Origin: Candidatus Multivoradales bacterium | GTDB taxonomy: Bacteria > Acidobacteriota > Thermoanaerobaculia > Multivoradales > JAHEKO01 | Assembly: GCA_965212505.1 (NCBI GenBank) | Contig: OZ243123.1 | Coordinates: 38,141 to 102,140 of the forward strand | Reading direction: 5' to 3' | Length of the DNA: 64,000 bases | Shown: piece after piece, positions 19,390-27,625 of the stretch | Layout: each line of letters begins with the position of its first letter | Position numbering within the stretch: the first letter of the stretch is position 1 | Translations under genes and position numbers: made by a program | Notes under the pieces: model-generated | What the model saw: only the letters and a program-made list of their open reading frames with translations | Told to the model about the DNA's origin: nothing | The model's database searches: none

Positions 19390-21956
19390 GGGCTCTCAGT
19401 CTCCTTGTCAGGTTCGCGAGTCCAGTCGCGGACACTGGCCATGAGTGTGGCGATCGAGGTCGGCCTTACACCGCGGGCGCGGTTCGCGGCACCGATCTCG
19501 AACGCCAGCCGCCACTGCTCGAAGAGGACCGAGTAGGCGTGTAACAGTCCGTGGGCGGGGTCGTAGATGTGGGTCGCCTCGGAGGTCACGCCGTTGAGCT
19601 CCAGAACCCGAATGTCACGGCCCGTTCTGAAGTGGTCTGCCGTTGGAGCACGAAGATCGAAGCGACCAAAATAGAAACCGTCGAAGCCACGCCCGATGCG
19701 GTCGATCTCGGCGGCGAGCTCCGGGGTCGCGAACTCCCGCCCGTCGAGAAATAGCGCCCCGAGCGAGTGCGTTCCGACGTCGACGAGTTGGACCACTTCG
19801 CCCGCGTGAGGTTGTTCGGTGAGCCTCGCGTGGTGGCGGCGCAGGAAGAGTGGGGCCATGGAGATGGCGCGCGGGTCGTGCAGGATGAGGCGTTCCAGGG
19901 TCGACCGGCCGTCACCGGTGACAGAGATCAATCGCTTGTCGGTGATCGAGAAGATGCTTCCCGCAGGCTCACCCGGAGTGCGAACGTAGAAGACGCCCAG
20001 CTCGTAACCCGGGACGTACTCCTGGACGATGGCGTCCGCAGACATGCGCTCGAGGTAGGCGTCGACGGTCGCCCAGTCGGAGGCGATGGAGACCTCCTTG
20101 CCCCGCTCGCCCGCGTCGGGCTTGAGCACCACCGGCAGCTCGAGGTCGTGCTCGGCGACAAAGCTCTCGATGCGTTGTCGTCGGTCGGTCCGACTCGAGT
20201 CGACAGGGAGTCGCTCGAAGCGCGCCACGCTGTCGCCAGGAAGTCCCGCGAGGATGTTCGACTTCGACTCACCGACGAAGCCGCTCTCGGGGATCGCCGG
20301 GTTGACGGCGGTGAAGAGTGTGAGTGATCGATGCCGGATGCCGAGCCACAGGATCCACAGCCCGACCGGCAGGTAGACGAGCCAGGTAGGCCAGAATTCG
20401 AAGTGACGCCAGCGACGGAGTCTCGACACCCACAGCCGACGTCCGCGCCAGGTGGCGAGGCCTCTTGCCAGGCCGACCAGCAGGCAGAGGGCGACGATGG
20501 CCAGCGGTAGTGCCCAGGAGGCGATCTTGGGGAGCGAGGCGATCCACTCGACCGCGGGCGCCCCGACGACTACGCTCACCCCTACCAGAATGGGCGTCCA
20601 GATCGCCACCGCGAGGGCGAAGTAGCCGGCGAAGGACAGCGCACTCGTACGCAGCAGACCGGCCGCGAAGTAGGTCGGTAGTCGCATTCCTGGTGCAAAT
20701 CGGCTCAACAGGATGACCACCGGACCACGTCGCCGAAACCAGTCCGAGGCGGCGTCGATACTCTCCTCGGCGATGAACCAGCGGAGCGGACGGCGCCGGA
20801 GCCAGGGCCGTCCGAGCCACCGGCCGACTGCGAACAGCGCCAGGTCGCCGACGAAGATGCCGACTCCGCAGGCGAGTGCGGCGAAGCCGAATCCGATCCG
20901 GCCCTGGGCGACGAGCAGGCCAGCGGAGATGCAGGTGAGATCTTCGCTCACGAGCGTCGCGATGGCGAGAAGGACAAACCAGACCAGCGCGGTGAGGCCG
21001 GTGGCGCGTGGCAGGTCGGCGGGGTCCAGCGGTCGCGAGGCGGCCGCCGTACGTTTGTCGGTTGCTGCGGCGCGGGTGAGTGCCGCCCCGCGTTCCACTC
21101 GCTCGAGGAAGTCGCCGAGCGGCGCCGCCAACAGACCGGGGTCGCGGAAGACGGCGAAATGGTCGGTCGGCTGCATCACCAGCTCGCTGTGCGGGACGAT
21201 CCGATGGTGCTCGCGCGCCGCCTGCGCCGGGACGAGAGGGTCGCTCTCGCCGTGGAGGATCAGGGTCGGAACCTCGAGACGGGTCAGCGCCTCGCGCAGA
21301 GGACGTTGGTCTGTGTCGAAGAAGTTCCGCGCGTAGGAGCGATCGAGCATGAAGCCGTCGAATGCGCCGAAGTGCGGCACCCCCTCGTGCAGGAAGGTCA
21401 GGCCGGCGAGCTGTGCTGCGTGGATCGCGCGGTTCAGGTGGAAGCTGCCCAGGAGCTCGAACTCCTGAACGCCGATCGACGCCAGCAGGGTGACGGAGTC
21501 GACCGTCTCGGGTGCGCGCTCGAAGAGTTCGAGCGCCACGCCACCGCCCATGCTGAAGCCGACAACATGGACGGTGGAGCGGTCCAGGCGGCGCAAGAGG
21601 CGCTCGACATACGCCGAATGGGCGCGAATCGAGTAGCTCGGAACGTACCGCTCGCTGGCGCCGAAGCCGGGGAGGTCGGGAGCGATGAGCTCAAAGCGAT
21701 CGGCGAGCAGAGGAGCCAGATAGGCGAAGTCGCGGCTGCCTCCCGGACTCCCGTGCAGAAGCAAGACGGTCGGCAGGTTGGGCCGGTCGGCCCAGCGGCG
21801 GAAGACCAGTCGGACCGGCTGTCCCGCGTCGTCTTCGAGCAGGACCTGCTCGGCACCGGCGGGAAGTGCGACGTCTTCGGCTCTAGACCAGCGGACGAGA
21901 TGGGATGCGAGCAGCAGGCCGAGGTAGATGGCGAGCAGCCACCATCTCAGCTTCAA
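19386..21956 (-). CDS. Triple fusion: alpha/beta hydrolase + DedA/VTT membrane domain + ATP-grasp-like domain
   Basis: LLHGSPG, GFSMGG, HGESDPLVP, DH triad; SEDLTCISAG..RFAPGMR DedA motif; EFWPTWLVY..NPAI..GESK, VLKPDAGERG, VQEYVPG, FGRFDLR, LELNG. TTG 21956 overlaps the DinB stop (TTGA). Confidence 0.85.
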   Translation of the reverse strand: MKLRWWLLAIYLGLLLASHLVRWSRAEDVALPAGAEQVLLEDDAGQPVRLVFRRWADRPNLPTVLLLHGSPGGSRDFAYLAPLLADRFELIAPDLPGFGASERYVPSYSIRAHSAYVERLLRRLDRSTVHVVGFSMGGGVALELFERAPETVDSVTLLASIGVQEFELLGSFHLNRAIHAAQLAGLTFLHEGVPHFGAFDGFMLDRSYARNFFDTDQRPLREALTRLEVPTLILHGESDPLVPAQAAREHHRIVPHSELVMQPTDHFAVFRDPGLLAAPLGDFLERVERGAALTRAAATDKRTAAASRPLDPADLPRATGLTALVWFVLLAIATLVSEDLTCISAGLLVAQGRIGFGFAALACGVGIFVGDLALFAVGRWLGRPWLRRRPLRWFIAEESIDAASDWFRRRGPVVILLSRFAPGMRLPTYFAAGLLRTSALSFAGYFALAVAIWTPILVGVSVVVGAPAVEWIASLPKIASWALPLAIVALCLLVGLARGLATWRGRRLWVSRLRRWRHFEFWPTWLVYLPVGLWILWLGIRHRSLTLFTAVNPAIPESGFVGESKSNILAGLPGDSVARFERLPVDSSRTDRRQRIESFVAEHDLELPVVLKPDAGERGKEVSIASDWATVDAYLERMSADAIVQEYVPGYELGVFYVRTPGEPAGSIFSITDKRLISVTGDGRSTLERLILHDPRAISMAPLFLRRHHARLTEQPHAGEVVQLVDVGTHSLGALFLDGREFATPELAAEIDRIGRGFDGFYFGRFDLRAPTADHFRTGRDIRVLELNGVTSEATHIYDPAHGLLHAYSVLFEQWRLAFEIGAANRARGVRPTSIATLMASVRDWTREPDKETESP

Positions 21957-22483
21957 CGCGCAACGCGCCCCTCGCGGCGCCAGTGCTCGAGCGTCGACGG
22001 CGCGACGCCGAACTCGGCGGGTACCGGGTGCCCGTCGAGTCGTAGCGACAGGGCGATCAGGGCGTAGTGGTGGATCGTGTGGCTCGACAGGAACTGCAGT
22101 TCGCGGCCGATCGTCGAGCCGAGCCACTGGCCCGGGTCGGAGGTCTCGGCCGGCTCTCGGCGCAGTTGGACGGGCTCGGGAAGACTGCCGGAGTCGAGGG
22201 CTTCGAGTCGCTCGATGACCTGAGCCAGCGCGTCGAGGGCGACGGTGCGATCGATCTCGAGGTCGGGCCGACGGGCGCGCGAGCCGTAGTCGATCACCCG
22301 GAGTTCGAGGCCGTCGAGAAAGCAGACGTAGAAGTCCAAGCAGTGCCGGAAGTGCGGGCCGATCGCCGGCGCCGGCGACGGGCCCTTCCGGTCGGAGGTG
22401 TAGGCGCTGTCGGAGAGGCCGTTCAGGAGCTCGACTCCCTGGCGGAGAAGCTCGGTGTTCTGATCGAGGAGTGTCGGGTTCAT
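21953..22483 (-). CDS. DinB/YfiT-like four-helix metalloprotein
   Basis: IGPHFRHCLDFY, DYGSRAR, RELQFLSSHTIHHYALI. Confidence 0.85.
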   Translation of the reverse strand: MNPTLLDQNTELLRQGVELLNGLSDSAYTSDRKGPSPAPAIGPHFRHCLDFYVCFLDGLELRVIDYGSRARRPDLEIDRTVALDALAQVIERLEALDSGSLPEPVQLRREPAETSDPGQWLGSTIGRELQFLSSHTIHHYALIALSLRLDGHPVPAEFGVAPSTLEHWRREGRVAR

Positions 22484-22498
22484 CTCTTTGGGCTCATA

Positions 22499-23257
22499 TT
22501 AGCTGGCTGGAGTGAGCTGTCCGGCGACCGCCTCGCGCAGCTCGTGCGCCAGTGTCTTTCGGTTGTCGCTCTGAATGGGCTCAGAACCGAAGTGCAGGTC
22601 GGCTTGGAATCCGGGCATCGACATGAGTTGCAGAAAGTGGGGAACGAAGGGGCGATCTCCCCACCAGCAGACCGTGTCCGAAGCGGGAGGATCGGACGTG
22701 GTCGTCGAGTAGCGGAGGCTCGCGTAGTCGACGGGGCGGCGAAGCCGTACCGCGATCTCGAGCAGCGACGGGAGGAAGGAAAGCACGCCTTCGCCGTTGG
22801 TCGACGTCCCCTCCGGGAACACGACGATTCCGACGCCTCGCTGGAGGTGCTCGTCCATCTCTCCCAATACCCGCGTCAAGTCTCGACGCGACTCACGATT
22901 GATGAACACCGTACCCATGGCGCGGCAGAGTAGGCCGAGGACGGGCCAGCTCGCCACCTCTTGCTTCGAGACAAAGACGGTGTCGAGACGGCTCGCCAGG
23001 AGCAGAATGTCGACGTAGCCGAGGTGGTTGGAGACGAGTAGAAACGGGGCCTTCGGAGCCGCGCCGTGCACCTCGACTCGGGCACCCGCTTGCCACAAAA
23101 GGCATCTGCAGATGCGCCGGAGGATCGTCGCTCGCCAACGCGATCGGCCGCTCTCGGACAGGACCAAGAAGGGGAGGCCGAGGCCCCAAATCTGGAAGAA
23201 GACCGCGACCGTCACGGCCATCACCGGGAGACGGAGCACCACCCGCAGTCCAGCCAT
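22499..23257 (-). CDS. Lysophospholipid acyltransferase (PlsC/OlsA-like)
   Basis: NHLGYVD (HX4D), FVSK, FINR, FPEGT; ATG overlaps the upstream TGA (TGATG). Confidence 0.9.
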   Translation of the reverse strand: MAGLRVVLRLPVMAVTVAVFFQIWGLGLPFLVLSESGRSRWRATILRRICRCLLWQAGARVEVHGAAPKAPFLLVSNHLGYVDILLLASRLDTVFVSKQEVASWPVLGLLCRAMGTVFINRESRRDLTRVLGEMDEHLQRGVGIVVFPEGTSTNGEGVLSFLPSLLEIAVRLRRPVDYASLRYSTTTSDPPASDTVCWWGDRPFVPHFLQLMSMPGFQADLHFGSEPIQSDNRKTLAHELREAVAGQLTPAS

Positions 23258-24045
23258 CAACGAACGAAGTTGCGCAGCATGCGCTGCGGCATGTCGAAGA
23301 GGTCGAACAGCATCAGGAAGTCGATCGTCTTGAACCGACGATCGATCGCCGGCCCGCTACAGATTCGCGCACCGTGATGCAGATAGATTCGGAACAGATC
23401 CGGAAGCGTCTCTCCCGACGGCTCGACAGCGGCTTCGTCCATCTCGCACGCGAACTTGGCGCGCGTGCGCACGGTCAGCTCCGAATGCAGGTAGCCCTCG
23501 CGACGGAGGTAGGCCATCAATTCGGCTCCGACTCGAGGGTCCTGGCTGGTGACCGAGGAGCAGCCGAACAGGTAGCGCTTACCGTGGGTCGAAAGGTAGA
23601 GCACGAGGCCGCGCCAGAGCAGGAAGAGTACGCGGACGCCTCGGTGCGCCTTGGCGACGCACGCGCGGCCGATCTCGACCGACTCTTCGAGTACCGGAGC
23701 GCTGAGGTCGTCGAGCACGTACTCGTCGTTGCAGTAGAAGCCGATATTGGCTGCGGCGATCTCCGGCGTCTGCATGCGATAGCTCCCGACGATCTCGCCC
23801 TTGTCGGTGTCGCGGATGATCAGGTGGTCGCAGACGGCGTCGAACGGGTCTTCGTCGCGGCCGGTGTCGTACGAGGAGTCGAGCCCCTCGCCGAGCTCGA
23901 GGTTGAAGACCTCGAATCGCATGCGCAGAACTGCGTCGAGCTCTTCCGGAGCGCGCGCGAAGCTGAGCTCGTAGCGCCCCTCTCGGATGACCTCGTCCGG
24001 AAGAGTGTCGGTGCGCAGATTGCGATCGGAGACCGACCTAGCCAC
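23257..24045 (-). CDS. GNAT N-acyltransferase, OlsB-like (ornithine/amino-lipid N-acyltransferase)
   Basis: LRMRFEVFNLEL, DEDPFDAVCDHL, VGSYRM, EIGRACV, YLFGCSS, YLHHGA..PAIDRRFKTIDF; GTG 24045 with GGAG SD. Confidence 0.85.
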   Translation of the reverse strand: MARSVSDRNLRTDTLPDEVIREGRYELSFARAPEELDAVLRMRFEVFNLELGEGLDSSYDTGRDEDPFDAVCDHLIIRDTDKGEIVGSYRMQTPEIAAANIGFYCNDEYVLDDLSAPVLEESVEIGRACVAKAHRGVRVLFLLWRGLVLYLSTHGKRYLFGCSSVTSQDPRVGAELMAYLRREGYLHSELTVRTRAKFACEMDEAAVEPSGETLPDLFRIYLHHGARICSGPAIDRRFKTIDFLMLFDLFDMPQRMLRNFVR

Positions 24046-24796
24046 CTTCGACTCCCAGGCGGATGAAGTCGGCGGCGTTGGCGCGGAGGTAGGAGAGTCC
24101 GTCTCGTTCGACGAGCTCACCCTCGACCGACACCGGCTCCGCAATGCGGTCGAGGAGCTCCCGGCCGATCGGCTCGCCGCTCGTGCCCGTGATCAGCAAA
24201 AGGAGCTGCGCGCCGTCGGGATCGGAGGTGACGAACAGCGGCGGCACGCCACCGCTGATGCAGCGTGTCGCGCAGTCCTGATGCGTCTTGCCTCGACCCG
24301 GCTTCATCACGCCGAGGTAGCACTTGCTGTCTAGAATCTCGCCGACGAGTTGATGGTGGCCCAATGTCCGCTCACCTTCTACGCGGGTCGTCTCTCCCCT
24401 CGACTCTTGTGGCGCCTCGCCGGTGAGCTCGATCATCTTCCGGTCGCCGCGGTAGATGAGCTGGCCGTCGACGGCAAGCCGTTGACCGTCGAACGCTTCC
24501 AATTCCGGTCGCGCCCCCCACTTCCCGAACTCCACCAGGAGGTGCGGCTCGCTGCCGTTGTCCCCGTCGACGTGGAGCACCGGGTAGGGCGTGACCGTCA
24601 GCCGACCTTCGAACGTTCGTACCGTGCCGAACTCGAAGTGCGCGTCCGAGAACCGACCCTGGAGGCTGGCGAGAACCGCCGGTACGACGATGGCCAAGCC
24701 GAGAAGTCCCACGACCACTCGACGAACCCAGCGCCCGACAGTAGGCGAGGCCTGGGACTGGTAACCGATGTAGAAGTCGTCGCGAGGCTCAGGCAT
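24038..24796 (-). CDS. Membrane-anchored periplasmic protein with C-Y-x11-H-x2-C-A-x2-C motif
   Basis: One N-terminal TM; GEILDSKCYLGVMKPGRGKTHQDCATRCISGGVP. Confidence 0.75.
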   Translation of the reverse strand: MPEPRDDFYIGYQSQASPTVGRWVRRVVVGLLGLAIVVPAVLASLQGRFSDAHFEFGTVRTFEGRLTVTPYPVLHVDGDNGSEPHLLVEFGKWGARPELEAFDGQRLAVDGQLIYRGDRKMIELTGEAPQESRGETTRVEGERTLGHHQLVGEILDSKCYLGVMKPGRGKTHQDCATRCISGGVPPLFVTSDPDGAQLLLLITGTSGEPIGRELLDRIAEPVSVEGELVERDGLSYLRANAADFIRLGVEGG

Positions 24797-25832
24797 GGTC
24801 GGTCTCGATCGGGGTGGGTTCGATCTCGGTGCCGGCGGGGCTGGGGTTCGGGTCGACTTTCACGCGGTCGCCCGCGACCCGAAGTCGGAAGGTCGGTACC
24901 TTCTCGTTGAACGGAGGCGGCGAGGAACCGCTCTCTAGTCGGTACTCGTAGCCGTGCCACGGACAGACGGCACAGCCGTTGATGACCCGTCCCTCCCCGA
25001 GGGGGCCGTTCTGATGCTGGCAGACGTTCGACAGCGCCGACAGTCGCCCAGCGTGGCGGAAGACGGCAACTCGCTCGCCTCCGATCGAACGGACGACCGC
25101 TCTGTCCTCGGGGATCTCTCGGACTGCACAGAAGTCGACGAAGCCGTCATCGGCGACTGGGGAGTTGCGGTCGTCGGCGCGCCCCCTGAGGGCGGCGGCG
25201 ACGTGCAGGATGGTGACGAGCAGCACTCCGGCCATGAGTACGGCGGTGAGAATCGGGTCGGTTTCTTGCTGCAGCACCCCGAGCGCCACGTGCGCCACGA
25301 TCAGACCGTAAGCGAGGTAGACGCCCATGTGAAGGCGCTTCCAGGTGGGCGCGGAGAGGTTCGCGAGCCAGAAGTCGTGGCTGGTTGCGGCCATCAGGAA
25401 CAGAATGACGAGAGCCGCCAGCCCGAGCTGCTGAAAGGGGAACTGCGCCACGCTCGTCCACCGTCCGTTCGACGTCAGCACGCTCACCAGTGGGTTTACG
25501 TCGCCGAGGGCGTGGAACTGAACGATCGAGAAGCCGCCGTGCGCCAGCGCGGTGAGGAACATGACGACACCCAGGTGTCTGCGGTTGTAGAGCAACGGCA
25601 GGAAGCGAGGGTCGAGTCGGCAGAGCGGCCCGATCACGAGGACCACGTGGAGAAGGAAGAGGGCCGCGGTGCCGAGCGCGCGGATCAGGAGCGTCTCGAT
25701 CGTGGTCTGAGGATGCGTCGTCAGCCCGACGCCGATGAAGGCGCCAAGATAGAGGAGGAGTCCTCCGACGACGGCTAGGTCGTAGCGTTTCTTCTGGCGA
25801 TTCCAGCCGACGCCCTTGTAGCCTACCGTCAT
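24789..25832 (-). CDS. Ferric-reductase-like (MsrQ-type) heme b membrane domain fused to a Rieske [2Fe-2S] domain
   Basis: Six TMs with RRHLG, LAHG, WKRLH, VAHV; C-terminal CQHQNGPL..CPWHG Rieske ligands. Confidence 0.9.
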   Translation of the reverse strand: MTVGYKGVGWNRQKKRYDLAVVGGLLLYLGAFIGVGLTTHPQTTIETLLIRALGTAALFLLHVVLVIGPLCRLDPRFLPLLYNRRHLGVVMFLTALAHGGFSIVQFHALGDVNPLVSVLTSNGRWTSVAQFPFQQLGLAALVILFLMAATSHDFWLANLSAPTWKRLHMGVYLAYGLIVAHVALGVLQQETDPILTAVLMAGVLLVTILHVAAALRGRADDRNSPVADDGFVDFCAVREIPEDRAVVRSIGGERVAVFRHAGRLSALSNVCQHQNGPLGEGRVINGCAVCPWHGYEYRLESGSSPPPFNEKVPTFRLRVAGDRVKVDPNPSPAGTEIEPTPIETDHA

Positions 25833-25975
25833 GGGGTGACCTCGGCTCCGGCCGGTAGACGATCGACCTCGGGCACCGGTTGGCGTGAAGAGACCGCCAG
25901 GAGAATCAGGAGCGGCAGGGCCACGAGGAGCGCGAGCCACCAGCGCCGATGCCAGGCTCGGAGGGGAGCGATCAT
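25829..25975 (-). CDS. 48-aa single-TM protein MIAPLRAWHRRWWLALLVALPLLILLAVSSRQPVPEVDRLPAGAEVTP (not in ORF track)
   Basis: ATGA overlaps at both ends exactly bridge the neighbouring genes; positive N-region plus hydrophobic helix. Confidence 0.8.
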   Translation of the reverse strand: MIAPLRAWHRRWWLALLVALPLLILLAVSSRQPVPEVDRLPAGAEVTP

Positions 25976-26229
25976 CGGCCCGCCGCCGCTCTGTGAGCGT
26001 TTGTCTCAGCCGGCGGCTCGGTCTGGCCACCGAACCAGCGCCGGGCGAGCAGCGGCCAGAGCGCGATCGATGCCGGCAGAATGAGGAGTTTGAAACTCAG
26101 CGGCGCGTCTCGCGCGCCGGGGTCGATGCGCGCCGCGCCGCGTACGACGAATGCGACGCCAAACAGCAAGCCCAAGGCGACATACAGACCTGTCGCTCCG
26201 ACGATCCAGCTGGCCCAGCTCGCGTCCAT
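25972..26229 (-). CDS. Small two-TM membrane protein, first gene of the operon
   Basis: YVALGLLFGVAFVVRGAARIDPGA..FKLLILPASIALWP; start ATG 26229 or GTG 26235. Confidence 0.75.
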   Translation of the reverse strand: MDASWASWIVGATGLYVALGLLFGVAFVVRGAARIDPGARDAPLSFKLLILPASIALWPLLARRWFGGQTEPPAETNAHRAAAGR

Positions 26230-26374
26230 TTGCACTCCCGACTGTCTCTTCCTGCTCAATATATAGCAGCGAAGGGAGGGTCCCATTCACGTGAGGGAAA
26301 GGTGACATCTCTCGCCGCTGCCGCTCCGCGAGCCGGGCGAGTCGCCGGCCCTCAGGTATGTGCCGGGAGCCTCG

Positions 26375-27625
26375 ATGCGGTTACAGACTGCTAGCCTACG
26401 GACCGTGAGAACGCTCCTGTGCGCCCTCCTCGTGTCGCTTCTCTTCGGTGCACACCCAGCCTGGGCCAAGGACAAACCGAAGCCGGTGCATCGCATCTTC
26501 CTGGTCGGCGAGAGCGCCGAGTGGGTCGACACCCGGGTCGATGTGCGGCCGCAGGACCGCGTGGCGATCCGCGCTGGCGCTGAAGTTTGCTTCAGCGGCG
26601 GGCGGGAGGAGTCGTGCGTTCGTGCCGTCGGTTGGCCGCGGGCCAGCTTCGCCGGCGACTGGCCCGAGGATGCGGCGGCCTGTGAGGACCCGTTTCCGGA
26701 GTGGGATCACGCTGCACTGGTAGCGCAGGTTGGCGAGGAGATCGTTCCGATCGGTCGCCAGGCGGTGCTCGAGAATCTGGAGGGCCGTCTCCGGCTCTCG
26801 ATCAACGACTGCTCGTTCGAGGGTGAGTTGAGGAACTCCGGCCAGTTCAGCGTGGTTGTTCTGCTCGAGAACCCAAGAGCGCACGCGGCCCGGAGCGGAC
26901 GAGAGCTGATCGAGGCGGCGATCGACGCGCTCGGTGGAGGTGCGATTCGCGGTGTGCGGAGCCTGCGCGCGCGAGCGGCGTGCACGGGTCCGGGTGGGGA
27001 GTTCACCACCGAGGTACTCACCCTCGCTCCGGACAAGACGCTTTTCAAACAGACGTCAGACGCTGGTCAGACGGAAATCCTCGCCGAGGGCGACCGGGCG
27101 TGGACGATCGACCGCGCTACGGGGCGGCGCCGGAAGGCGAAGAAGATGGTGCGCTTTGTGCGCGGTCATGAGTTCCACGACCTTCTTTTGCGGCTGGACG
27201 AGCGCTTCACCGCGCCCACCCTCCCGATGGTCGAGGAGGGGGCGGTCGAAGACGCTCCAGAGGCCGCCGAAGCGTGTCTGCGCGTCGAGATGCTCGATCT
27301 GTACGGCGCTCCGGCGGCGGTCTGCCTCGATCCCGAGACCTCGATGCCCGTGCGCCTCAGCTACCAGCCGGCAGGCAGGAAGAAGGACCCCACGATCGAG
27401 GTCGAGCTCGAAAGCTGGCGCGAGATCGACGGCGTGCAGTTTCTCGAAGCGTTCACCCTCCGGCAGGGTGACGACGTCTTCACCTATCGGTACGACGAAC
27501 TCCTGCCCAACGCCGTCAGCCGCGACAACTTCCGCGCGGTGTCGCCACGGGCACTCAAGGAGATCCGGAAGCGGCTCGAAGAGAACCGCTCCACGGATTC
27601 CTCGGAAGCGCCTACTGGCAGTTGA
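26375..27625 (+). CDS. Secreted two-domain protein (N-terminal LecA/PA-IL-like beta-sandwich; C-terminal LolA-like fold)
   Basis: Signal peptide AWA-K; WVDTRVDV..LRLSIND..NSGQFSVVV; second domain ELIEAAIDALGG..VCLDPETSMP..WREIDGVQF. Domain names are by-eye resemblance. Confidence 0.55.
   Translation: MRLQTASLRTVRTLLCALLVSLLFGAHPAWAKDKPKPVHRIFLVGESAEWVDTRVDVRPQDRVAIRAGAEVCFSGGREESCVRAVGWPRASFAGDWPEDAAACEDPFPEWDHAALVAQVGEEIVPIGRQAVLENLEGRLRLSINDCSFEGELRNSGQFSVVVLLENPRAHAARSGRELIEAAIDALGGGAIRGVRSLRARAACTGPGGEFTTEVLTLAPDKTLFKQTSDAGQTEILAEGDRAWTIDRATGRRRKAKKMVRFVRGHEFHDLLLRLDERFTAPTLPMVEEGAVEDAPEAAEACLRVEMLDLYGAPAAVCLDPETSMPVRLSYQPAGRKKDPTIEVELESWREIDGVQFLEAFTLRQGDDVFTYRYDELLPNAVSRDNFRAVSPRALKEIRKRLEENRSTDSSEAPTGS

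Noticed and set aside
19386-20460. ATP-grasp as D-Ala-D-Ala ligase or graspetide RiPP synthetase
   Set aside because: It lacks the Ddl N-terminal motif and cell-wall context, has no precursor peptide with repeated cores nearby, and is fused to membrane and lipid domains.
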